64,000 nucleotides of DNA from Antedon mediterranea (taxonomy: Eukaryota > Animalia > Echinodermata). The position numbers and the translations under genes were made by a program. Positions 48,233 to 60,300 of the stretch are shown here, piece by piece; the first letter of the stretch is position 1; each line of letters opens with the position of its first letter. The stretch lies in assembly GCF_964355755.1 (NCBI RefSeq), contig NC_092672.1, positions 25,550,437-25,614,436 on the forward strand, given 5' to 3'. The notes under the pieces are model-generated. The model did no database searches. It was not told the DNA's origin and worked only from the letters and a program-made list of their open reading frames with translations.

Positions 48233-48461
48233 AAAATAAATAAATAAACTACAAACATATAGAGGGCGCACATAAAAGGTCACGAGAAAAAATACTGATG
48301 CGCCCCCACACACATCATCCAGAAATAAGGAAAAAATACTGTGTGTGCAGAGCAACTCTAGCTGGAGTGTGTTACTTTTCTGGGCCTAGGCTGCTTAGCT
48401 ACTTCTTTATTAAAATAAAAAAAGATAATTTTTGTTTTCATCTGTAAATTATAAGGAAAAA

Positions 48462-51400
48462 ATGGTAAGTATTGCTAAAAACCTTTTCCTTTCAGCATTT
48501 TTTTTCCAGCTAGCCAGTCATTACATTGTCAAGTCAGCACACACCCACCGGGCCGGGGGGGGGGGGGGGAAGGGCAGGCCAGGCCCTCTCCTCCTCCTGG
48601 CTGCTGATTGGCTGGTCCGTCCTGCCCTACCTGACCGTTAATCTATTATAAGCCCAGGCTAGGTCTAATCTACTCCCTAGCTAGGCAGTATAGTACTGTA
48701 GTAGGTAGGTGTAAATTGTTAGGCCCTACCTAGGCCTAGCCTAGTCTTACCTTTAGTATTCTAACTTTTAGTAAGTTAATTAAAGAGCCAATATGGGTTT
48801 TATAATTAAACTCGTTCGTAAGGAACATCTCATTGTGTGTGTGTGTGTGTGTGTTTGTCAAGTTTGTTTTTCAATGAGTTTACACTCTTGCTATTGACAA
48901 CCAATACATTTAAATTGACCGAACGAGTCCTTTTGGATTTGTTGTCTTTTGTTTGTCCTTTTTAATGGTGTGTAATGTTCATGTTCTGCACAATTTGAAC
49001 AATTACATGAATTTCCGTATTCACTCATCGGCACTCAATCCAGTCGCACTACCTCCAACGACCGTTAGCTCATCAAATACCCAAATGCCTGTTATGTTAT
49101 GAAATACCATACAGTATACATAATTGTAATTTTGTATACCGTCCCATTTTAGGGCTACTCAATCAGAAGCTAAAGCAAGCAGCAGTTATAGTTCTAAGGA
49201 CAGACAGTTTTGTGAAAATGGAAACTCCACTATAACTTATTGATTCCAGCTGCTACAGTAGACCCAAAAAACGTCTGGGAAAGAGTCTATTCGGACATGT
49301 CATGCTAAAATTACAAATCCCTATGCATTTCTGGTATATTCACTGTCAGATATTCATTGAATTATTATCGAAACAGTCCATTAAAGTTTGTGTTTGTAAT
49401 AGGATACTTCACAATTGAAATATCTAGGGTGATGAAGTGACCCCCAGATTTGACCTTAGCAATAAAATTAACTAAAGTGACAGAAATTGAGTATTCACTT
49501 ATGTAACAAAAAAATAATATTTATTCACATATAAAAAAAGAAAAGAAACCCAAAAACCATTGTCTGACAGACAATTTAAGTACAGTATTTGTTGCTTTAA
49601 ATATTACATTTTTTTCAGGTAAAATAACTATTATGTGACAATAAAATGACACATTCAAAAACATTTGAAATAAAAAATATTTTTCAATAAGCGAGCAGCG
49701 TTTTTTGTAAGAAATATTTCTTGTTCAATTTGCGTTTTGGTGAGCGGCTTGAAAGTGATTCATTTCGCTTTTTGGTTAACCAGTCTTTTGGATTTTGAAT
49801 TCTTTTTTTGTTTGTTTTGTATGTTGTTCTTTTCTGACAAAATATTTTTTTTTTAATTTTGTTGTTGAATATGTCATTTTATTTTCACATAATAGTTATT
49901 CACTTTGACCAAAAACTGGATCCAACAAAATTATTTACAGTACATGAAAAAACTGTAATTTAAAGCAAAAAATACTTAAATTGTCTGTCAGACAATGATT
50001 TTTGGTTAAAATTGACCATTTATTTTGTCTTTTTATAAGTGAAATTATAATTTTTATTTTTGAAGTCTGATTTTATTAATCTTCATTTTTTGGGGAACAA
50101 TACACCTTTAAATGAAATGAAATTATCACCTTTCTTTCATTAGTTGGTGTTAGTTCTTGGAGACTTGCATATTCCTCATCGCAAGAGTAACTTACCAGAC
50201 AAATTCAAGAACCTACTTGTACCAGGCCGAGTTCAGCACATCTTATGCACGGGTAACTTATGCACAAAGGAATCGTATGACTACCTTAAAACATTAGCCA
50301 GTGATGTTCATGTCGTCAGAGGTGACTTTGATGAGGTAAATTACTGTAGCAAGCAGTGAACACCCCTTATCACTATTCAGGGGACACTCCTATATTTTTC
50401 ATTCTTGTTAAACTAACAAGGGCAATATGTTTTCACTACTAACTATGCAAAAATGCATTCAAGGGAATGTACAGTATGCAACATTTAAAATTGTAGTCTG
50501 AAACATGATTTAATTTTGTCGAAAATTAGTTTTGTCCATTAAAAAATTTATAGCAAGCAAAGTGTATGTGCATGTTATATTACGTTCTTGTGTGATATGG
50601 CCTGAAGTTAAGCACTAAATAAGGTATACCTGGTAGAAACTTCATTTTACGTACGGTACAGGACCGAAAGGCGTGCGTAAAACCTGGGATTCGTAAAATC
50701 CAGGTTGACCTTAAATTGACCCCCAAATACGTAGATCGTAGCTAAAGGCTGCCATGTTTGCCTACTTTACACTACAGCATGCAGGTGGTCACTAGCTAGG
50801 CCTTGCCTAGACTAATCTAACAGACTAGCAAGATGTGAGGCCTAACTAAAAAAGTACAGTATATACTTAGGACACAACTGTCATACAGATAGACCCGAGT
50901 TCAATTCCCGACAACTCCCAGTCCACTCAGCTGTAAATCAGTACCTGGTTGAAAATACTAGGGAGAAAAAAGGCGGCGTGGAAAGGAACTGGCCACCCTA
51001 CCACATAATGCCGAGGCTTAGTACAATAAGCTCCTAACAGCTCATTCCCCTACGTTCAGAATGAATACGGGACTCACCTTTACCTTACAGTATATACAGG
51101 CTGTGCGATGTTTAAATAAAGTGTAAATTAAAATATCAAATGTTCTTGTATTTTCTATCAATAAAAACAGTCGCTGCGGGGGGAATGCATGTGTGTAGCT
51201 GTCTCACACAGCAGAGTTCCTCACACAGCCATGGCTTTGTGCTTTGTTGTTGTTAAATTGCACCCTCAATGTAAGAAAATGATGATGTCATCATCATTTT
51301 AAGCGTACGTAAAATCCAGGGAACGTAAAATCAATCGCGGTACGTAAAACATAGGTTCTACTGTGTTTAAAATTTATGTTTATGAAGATATAACCAAAAG

Positions 51401-52756
51401 TAAAAGCTTGATGTTAAAAAATTGTGCGTAGATCACATAACAATTTATTGCATACATTTTATGAAGTGCTCATGGACTAAGGTCAACCAAAATCCATTTG
51501 CTAAAAGACAAATGCACAGACAAATAAACCAGGGTGACCACATAACCTCCTTGGCAGGTAATAACTTATTGAACATTTTATTTTCCAAGAACATAACTTA
51601 CCCTGAGCAGAAAGTGGTGACAGTTGGTCAGTTTCGTATTGGTATTTGTCATGGTCATCAAGTTGTCCCCTGGGGTGACATTGACAGTCTTGCTATGGTA
51701 CAGAGACAACTAGATGTTGATATACTAATCTCCGGCCATACTCACAAATTTGAAGCTTTTGAACACGAGAATAAATTTTACATCAATCCAGGCTCCGCTA
51801 CAGGTGCTTACAATGCATTGGAAAGGTATGTTATGAAATTTACTTTCATTTTTAAATACATTTTTGGTACAGTAGTCTTTGCTAGTACCGCATTTTTTTT
51901 GGTTTTCCTATTCAAAGAATTTAGACCTTACATAAATGTCTGGTTCAGAGAATTACCTGCCAACTTGCGCAATTTTGTTGGGTGTCGCCTAATGAGGTTT
52001 ATTGCAAATAGCTTGATTTCGCAATGACCGTCATTGCACAATGCATGATGGGAAGGGTTTTGGAGCAATAGCGCCACTGCATAAAAACTTCATATACTGG
52101 TGGTGACATTATTGCAGCTCCCAATTCCTTCCCATCATGTATCGCTCAAGCTATTTGCGTCAAACCTTAAAACCAATCTCTAATTCTTCCAATTTAATGT
52201 AATTTTCACCAGATTTTATCTTAATTTTCACCTACTACTACTGTACTGATTTTACTATTTTCCTACCAAATACTCAGATTTATGAATGAATTTGATTGAT
52301 TTGATTGTTATTATTTTTTATTGTATTCATATTTTTGCTAACATCGCGAAAAAACTAAATTTAAAAAAAAGGCATTTTGAAATTGAATTTTGCTACCAAC
52401 AGCAAACTTCGCCAGTTTGTCTTGTGGAAATTCGGCATTTTTTTGTTGAATCTCTTCAGGTTTTTTTGGAAATTTTTTTTAATTTACCAGATTTTTATGA
52501 CCCAGGGGTGGTAGGTCTGAACCCACCCCTTACTTTGGGCTCTAGAGTACTATGTAACAGTTCTAGACATTTTCTTCAAAAGTTTTACCATTTTCTAAGT
52601 TTCATCAAATTTCAATATATATATTTCTCTCTTTTCAGCAATATTGTGCCAGCGTTTGTACTTCTAGATATCCAAGCTGCTACCGTGGTAACGTATGTTT
52701 ATCAACTCATAGGTGATGATGTCAAAGTTGAACGAATAGAATATAAGAAAAACTGA
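48462..52756 (+). CDS. VPS29: Vacuolar protein sorting-associated protein 29 (retromer/retriever subunit), 4 coding exons, 182 aa
   Basis: ATG-only exon 48462-48464 (aaaaATG|gtaagt), then 50144-50335, 51590-51825 and 52639-52756, totalling 549 nt. Peptides [85 protein letters not shown] and [18 protein letters not shown] match VPS29. The first exon is inferred from its splice signal and the known VPS29 structure. Confidence 0.97.
49500..50111. mobile_element. Inverted-repeat MITE (TTAA-ended, Kolobok-like); related fragment at about 26157-26440
   Basis: cattgtctgacagacaatttaagta (49558) pairs with tacttaaattgtctgtcagacaatg (49973), and aataactattatgtgacaataaaatgaca pairs with tgtcattttattttcacataatagttatt. 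The right end is ggggaacaatacacctttaa. Confidence 0.6.
50890..51088 (+). mobile_element. tRNA-derived SINE (Nin/Deu-domain type), 5'-truncated, inside a Tc1/mariner-like MITE (about 50627-51363)
   Basis: It has a B-box-like gagttcaattccc, the core ccactcagctgtaaatcagtacctg and the tail cacctttaccttac. The outer element ends gtagaaacttcattttacgtac / gtacgtaaaacataggttctactg. Confidence 0.65.
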
Positions 52757-55240
52757 ATCAACAATGAGTATATGAATTTTAATTACTGTCAAATCAATAT
52801 ATAATAGAATGTAGAAAAATGTCATATCATTCACCTGGTAATTTCTAAATGGTGTACCAGCAAATATTCTTTCCCTTATGTATTTTAGATTGGGTTTTGG
52901 GGAAGGGGAGGGAGTGTGGGATTACAGTATGTTACGTTCTGAACATGTCAGGGTTTTTTAAATGGCCTCCAGAAAATAATAAAATTCCAGTAAATTTTTT
53001 TAGGATTTATTATATTGTCCAGTTATAAAAGAAGGGGAAGTCATCTTTTGATAAAAACTTTGGCAAAAAATTATTTCTTATTCATTGTCACTCAAGAATT
53101 GACACACGTCGGAGCACACTGTAAAAAACACTGTTGACAGCATAGTACATGAACTCCAGAGTTTGCTGGGCTATTTGAAAGGTGTATTCAAGTTTACTTG
53201 TTTACAATCTTATAAACAAACTGAACAAAGATAATTATGTAATAAATAAATTTGATATTAAATAATATTGAATAAATTAAACAAGCATTACTTGTTGGAA
53301 CCGAATAGTGAAAAACAAATTTACAATTGGTCCATTTATTGTATATATTATATTGAGTAATGTATCCCATTTATAACAATAATTATGTGTTGTTTTATTA
53401 TTTTTATGACACATATTATGAATTGTAAATACACACATGCATGCAACGTTCTTATAGTTTAAAAGACAGGCTTAGAATTAAAGTGCTGGTATATGTTCCA
53501 TAGTGTCAATATTGCCTAAATGTTTCCTATACCAAATAGTTGATATTTAACACGGTTCACCGATCTTGTAAATTTGATTGGACAATATCCGGTCACATGA
53601 TATTGATCCTGTATATCTGAATTAACTAATACAATGGTTTGCCTGTATGTAAACAATGATAACTTTATACAAAATTATAGTAGACATTTCTGTTGAAAGA
53701 ATGTTAGGGGTAAGTATAAACAAATTATAGATGCAAGTGATTGAAAATAACCAAGATAATTTTTTTTTAATTTAGCTATAAAATTATTTGTCAGAATTTA
53801 TAAATAAGTATTTCAATCGGTGACCAATACTATAGAGTCACGTAACTCCATGACATAAGTGATATTTAAATTTTTTTCAAATATCAAGAAGTATCAAACT
53901 TCAATCACAACTATGGAATCATATAAATTACAAAATAAAACATTCCTCTTTTTTTTTGTATGTTTAATTAATAAAGTCATAAAAGTATGTATTTTATGTT
54001 TATCCTGTTTATTATTATAATAATATTAATAATATAATATTTGTTAGAAATGTCCATTATCCATTCAAAGTGTGAAGTATGTTTGTACACTTGTAGTCAT
54101 TTGTATCCAGGTGTTCACTTGAGAGAATCTGTTATATAAAGATGAAAAGTAAAACAAAAAGTATGGAGATTGTCATTTATTTAAACCTTATTTAATTTTA
54201 CTTGTTGTTCTCATACAGTAAAAACCTGCAAGTAACACAGTTTTCATTTATAAATGCCTTGAATCTACTTTATGTAGCCTAGGAAATGGAAAAAAAACAA
54301 ACCAGGTTATTTAATAGAAATCATTGCAGAACAAAAATAAGAACTTGCCATTGCTATGCAGATACACGTATTGATGTAATCAAGCAATAATAATAAGTAA
54401 AGAAAGTAATAGAATAGATATTAAAGCTCAGGTACAGGCATGAATTTTAAATTTAATATTTGATTAATTGTACATAAATCAAATATTTGTAACAGAAATC
54501 GAGACGAAAAAACATGAATTTCACTTAATATGGTCAAATACAAAATTTGGCAAAATTCTTCCATAAAAACCAGGAAGACTTTTTTTCAGTAGTTAGGTAG
54601 TTAACCTAATGTAATAACATGTCTGGTGACTCCCTAGACGGTGAAAAAAGATGGTGGATATACGGTGGATAATTTTTGCTATAGCATGAAAATAGAAATC
54701 TGAAGTTGAATAAAAATGTCAGAAATGTAATATTCAAGTTATATTACCTATATTTAGTCATCTGATAACATTTTTTACCACACCGTTTATTTTTCATAGC
54801 TTTTTAAAATGCCTCTCTATTTACAAAATGTGTGTACAAACGAATAGAGATTTTACTGTGTAATTTGAACTATCCCCCCACTGATAAAAAAGTGGTTATT
54901 TTCAACAAACTCGTGTAACACAAATAAAATCCCAACAATTATGAAACATAGGGGAAACTATAGATCGATAATTATTGGAATGTATGATCAATAGAATTTT
55001 TTTGCCCGCACCTGGCCTTTAACAAGGCTAAAACTAAAAAGGAAAAAGGTTCTTCTTGTAGCCTTTACTGTATGACAATGAATAATCTACAAATGAGCGC
55101 TCTCTATAGTATTTATGTTTCACTTACAAGAACTCTTCCGTAAAACCCGAAAAGACTTTTTTTTTAGATGAATGCTGTAAATATCTTGAATTGCTGCAAC
55201 AGTAATATGATTTTTGAAACAATCCTAATTCTAACCCCAA

Positions 55241-55764
55241 AGCTCTGTCTACAGTATCAAACTAGTTTAAAAAAAAAAAGTGTGACGTGCCCAAATAATA
55301 TGGGCAAATATGGTAGTGATATGACATCATGTCCATGTATATTCATCCGATGTATTTTGATCATAATGTACCTAATCATGAAAGGTTGGCTTTCTCACGT
55401 TTACGACTTATTTCGCATAACCTTAGAATAGAAACTGGGCGGTGGTCTCTCACGCCACCTGATGAAATGCAAACCGAGCTTCACGCATTATGTAAATGCC
55501 CATTTACTGCACACATACGCCAAACTTGTAATATACATTGCCATAGCCTTGTGTCCTTTATTCTGTCAAAATTTATTTTTGAAGTTCTTATAAAGTTAGT
55601 GAAAATATTATCTAATTTTGTTATTGCTATTTTCATGCTTGTATGATCACCTACTATTTGTATGCCATATTGGACACTGTTATCCCCAGTTGTCAATAAA
55701 AGGTAAATAATATTGGGTACATCTCATTTTTTGTCACATAAAGTTTGATAGTGTAGACAGAGCT
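55241..55764. mobile_element. Family B MITE interrupted by a LINE 3' fragment (about 55335-55710, + strand)
   Basis: MITE TIRs are present at both ends. The insert encodes HERLAFSRLRLISHNLRIETGRWS..QTELHALCKCP (a non-LTR C-terminal motif) and ends in aataaa. Confidence 0.75.
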
Positions 55765-57380
55765 TATAGCCCCAAAGCTTTGTTATACTTGGACACAATA
55801 CAAGCTCACCGTAAGTAATTTGACCAATTACGCGGTGGTAGGTCATCCAAACTGTCGCTTACACATTATGTCCAAGTTGGAACCAAGCTTAGTTGTGATT
55901 AAATAACCATTCCATCTATTCTAATCCACCACACACAATCTCAAAATTAAATGTCTACACATCCACAAAACCAATTCATGCCAACACAACATATTCCAGA
56001 CCCACTGTGGAATAATTTTCCATCCACCATTTATAGACTCTTATTATGTATTTTTTTATCTCTTCCGAATACTAGACAAACATGTCTTGACCTGCACTTG
56101 TTATTTCCATACAGTCTTTTATTAAATGTATTTATTTTTTAGATGTCCTTTTTAAGGCTTCCAGCGCATCTGCCTTCTAACTCTGACTCTTATATTATGT
56201 CACAGTCTGTAAATAAAATGTTTCAATTATAGGTTTATAAATAATGTATAATCTTATACTGTAGTAACATAAATAGAGTTTTTATACAAGAACCGGTTTC
56301 TATAAATTAGCATCAAAACGAAGGGTATCGGGACATCAAAACGAAGGGTATCGGGACATCAAAGAATTAATTAAATCTGTACAGAATAATTAAAAAAGCA
56401 AAACAGTACATTTATATAAAGTTATATTTTTATTTAAATCAAACAAAAGAATTGTTCATGACCTACTGCAAGCCTTATAAGCATTCATACTCATGACTTT
56501 GTTTAATGGTGAAGTATGTTACTTCAACTGTTAAACCTTCACTTCACAGTAATGGAATGAAGCATTTTGTTTACTGGTTTCAACAGAAACTTCTGTCTTG
56601 TTTAATATTTACTAACTAACATTTAATTTAATCAGTTTTATGATACAATTTACATAAGAATTATTTCACATCAATCAATTTTAACTACAATTTATACATT
56701 TAAAAAAAGTATTTACAACCATAGTACAAGTAATACAAAAATAACATCAATATTTTATATTAATATGATAAATTGAAAGAGATTTGTGAGGTAACTGAAA
56801 ATTTATATAATACATTTCAAATATTAATATAGCATACCGCACTTGAAGCACACATAATAGCAGACAATATTGTTCTTGGTTGTTTCATCAAAGTTCTTTG
56901 TAACTTATATTGTTTACTTTTACTTGTTTACTTGTTTCCGGAGCTCAGCAATGCTGGGTCCGGAGTCGAGGCTAGGCTATGCCTAAAGCCCCTCTTGATA
57001 ATTACATCAACTCTTGAATATGGCGCAAATTTAAGAGGGTGGTTGGATCATGCCCGTTCAAGACCGAACTTAAATTGAATGGTTGATCTTGAAGCTACTA
57101 CATCCTCCGATAACGAATTCCATAATATAATAGCTTTTCCACCAAATGAGTCCCTCATCCAATTTGTGCGCGAGAACTTAAAATTGTAATTATTAATTGC
57201 TTACACCTTAGTATTTTTGTGGGCCCTGTAAATATTAAATAAATGTACTATAGCACTACCAAGAGTGTGGTGTCGTTATATACAATTGAGTACTGCACTT
57301 TCGTTACACAACGAGTCAACTACACAGGACAAGAGGTTATGCTGGTATACATATTAACTGAAAAAGATGAATACACAGAA

Positions 57381-60300
57381 CTAGTATTCCAACTCTGATG
57401 GCGCTTGTGTCTGTACTATTGGAATATCAACTGAAAAAGATGAATACACAGATATAGTATCTTCCTGTTGTTGCTTCTTTAATCTGTTTTCAAAAATTGG
57501 ATTAAATTCTCCAATATCATCATATTGTTCATCATCTTCGAACTCATCTGGTTCATCATTGACAACTATCTGAACTTGACTCTCGTTGTTGGACACATTG
57601 TCTACTCCTTCTTCCTTACCATCTTTCTGAACCTCTCCTGGATGCTTGTTCTCTGTTTTGGTACCATTTTCATTGTCCTCTTGTACAATTTTAATTGCCA
57701 CGTCATCTTCATCATCTAGCACAGGCTCTTTTTTCTTTTTGTTTTTCTTTGTTGATCTCTTATGTGATTTTCCAACTTTTGTATCGTTTTTGTCTTTATT
57801 CATGTTTTCTTTTTCCTTAGATTTCCTTGATAAACCTTTCTTAGAACTTTCTTTCTTCTTCCTTGATTTTTTAGACGTTTCTTTCTCTTTTGCTTCCAAA
57901 TCATTATTTTCACTTTTTTGTTCTTTTTTCTTTTTATCAGTTTCTTTTTCAATTGAATTGTTCTCTGAAGATTCATCCGAAAGATCTGGTTCAATTATTT
58001 GCCTGGAATTTCCATTTTGTTCTCTATCTTTCTTTTCTTTTTTCTTTGCCTTCTTTTCCTGTTTCTCTTTCCTTCTCTCTTCTTCTTTCTCTCTTTGATC
58101 TGGTGATTTGAGCTGCCTGTCTTTTGTGTCATAGTATAACTGTTTATCAGAAGGCTGTCCTGATGGAAATCTCTTTTCATAAGCTAAAAAAAAAAAGTGA
58201 AAAGTTAATGATTGGGTGGTACATTTTTTACACGTTCCTAAAAAAATAGGTCTACTGTTTCGGACCTCCCAAGACTCTTGTTAATTGTGGGAGTTAATTA
58301 CTGACATCTAAAGTCATCCTCTTGTCTTCTGTTAAGGTTCAATTTTCCTCGATTGTTTTGGATAGGGGGAAAACAAATCTACAACTACTGTTGGAAGGGG
58401 TGTGTTTCCACAATCCAGGTATCCTAAGTTTGATTGTGTACACTGGTCTTTGTTGCATATTTCATTGGGATTTAAGAATGCTTCTGAATATAATAAAAAC
58501 AATGGAATATCATAAAATCAGTTTCAATCATTATTTTACAAAATAACAACCTGGCTTTGGGTGAATCTCCTCTGTGGAGGCTGTAGCAGCTGTCTTTGGT
58601 CGACTTTTTGATTGCCTTTCAGAAGCTGTTGCTGTTTGTGGTCGACTTTTTGACGTCCTAGGCCTTCCATAACCAGAAGAAGCAACTGCTGTTTGTGGTC
58701 GCCTAAAATACAAATCCAACAATTTATAATCTTAATTCATAATTTCAATTATTACAATTTAGAATTTTACAACAACAACACCCAACAGTACACCAAAAAG
58801 AAGTGAGTGCCAGTTTGGTGACTATTATTAAATGCAGTGAGTGGCCGAGCGGTTAAGACAGTGGAACTGTAATTACGTAGCCTTAACATCGGCAGGGGTT
58901 CGAGGCTCACTCACTCCATGGTTCTGGTGGTAGAACGAGTCTTCTCGGATAAGAACTATAAACCGTAGGTCCAGTGTACACATCTAGCTTGTGTGCACTT
59001 TAAAGAACCTAGTACATCTTTCGAGACGAGTAGGGGGTTACCCCGGTGTATTAGTACATCACAGCCACTGATCACCAACTGGGCCCCCTGGGAGACCAGT
59101 CTTTGACTGAAGAGGTTACCCAGTATAAATATAAATTTCAATTTCAATCAAATTGTTGTAACATATTAATTTGGAAATTGAGTTCTAATATTGTACCATG
59201 AGTACACGTGTGGTTATTTTTATCTAAAAAACAAATCTTACAAATTTCATTAGAAAAATGGTGTTAACAAGTTATAGAAGTAAACAGATTCATAAAAATG
59301 AATTGTTTATTATCCAATTGCCTTAATAAATGAGCAGTGCTCAGTAAAAATAATAATAATACTAAATAGAAATTCTATTAGAATAAATTAATAAAATAAT
59401 ATGAAATTGATAAAAGAACTATTTAAAAGACTGATACTGTATGATAGATTTTTTCATTGATATTAAAATGAAATGAAAAACAGTGGTATATTTTTTTTAT
59501 AAAAACGTAGGGTTGAGCAATAAGAATTTCTAGAAAGTGAAAATTTACACTGAAATGATGCACTCGCTGGTAATGCCTAAATTCAGCCAGGAGCGGCCAT
59601 CATCCCTGCCAATTTAATAAAGTGTAAAATTATTAGTATCAAATATTGCCATATATGGAAATATTAATTTTTTAATACTGTATCTAACAATAATTCATAC
59701 TTTGGAGGAACATCTGGCTCATCTTCTTCCTCACTTGACTCGTAATCAACCGTTTTGTCTCTCTTGTGATAATACCGCCCTCTAGGTGCGATTCTTGGTG
59801 GATTTCGCCATACTCTTGGGTCTATTTCAAACTGTCGTTTACGCTGCCCCAGTAAATATTTAATATACCTTTCACATTCTTTTGGATTGTGAAGTCCTGT
59901 CAACAAATAAATTTGTTACGTTACTATCATTCATTTTTATTTCACAATACTGTATCAAAAATATTAATACTGATTATTATTAAATTAATTTAAAATTCAA
60001 TACGTGAAAGAAAGCCACATTTAAAGCTCATGAGAGCTTTAATCCTTGTTTTACCAGAACAAAATTACTACTCTAGCAATGAAATAATAATAAACAATAA
60101 ACAAATTTAAGTAAAAAACATCAGACAATAGTAGTAATAATAATAAAAAGATTTATATATAAGAAAAAAAAACAATATTTTACAAACAAGACAATACAAA
60201 CACAACAGGAGGGACAAACATGCATGTCTGTATACATTGTACTAATTAATTTAACTTGATTTCAATATCAAGTATTACGATATTGAATGATCTCCCGCAG

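Noticed and set aside
47397-48355. Repetitive Ser/Pro/Gln ORFs 47397-47585(+) and 48044-48355(-)
   Set aside because: Translations of the 15-bp subterminal repeats of a MITE.
54090-56215. Extra minus-strand acceptor-like sites (about 56206 and 54131) as further FAM216 exons
   Set aside because: They lie after the in-frame stop at 57381, and I could not establish matching donors or a coding frame. They may be UTR exons but cannot be supported without transcripts.
57525-58111. Plus-strand Phe/Ser/Leu-rich membrane-like ORFs
   Set aside because: Antisense shadows of the Lys/Glu-rich minus-strand exon.
58834-58920. tRNA gene
   Set aside because: A and B boxes are present, but I could not fold a proper cloverleaf, and the sequence continues into a SINE body and tail.
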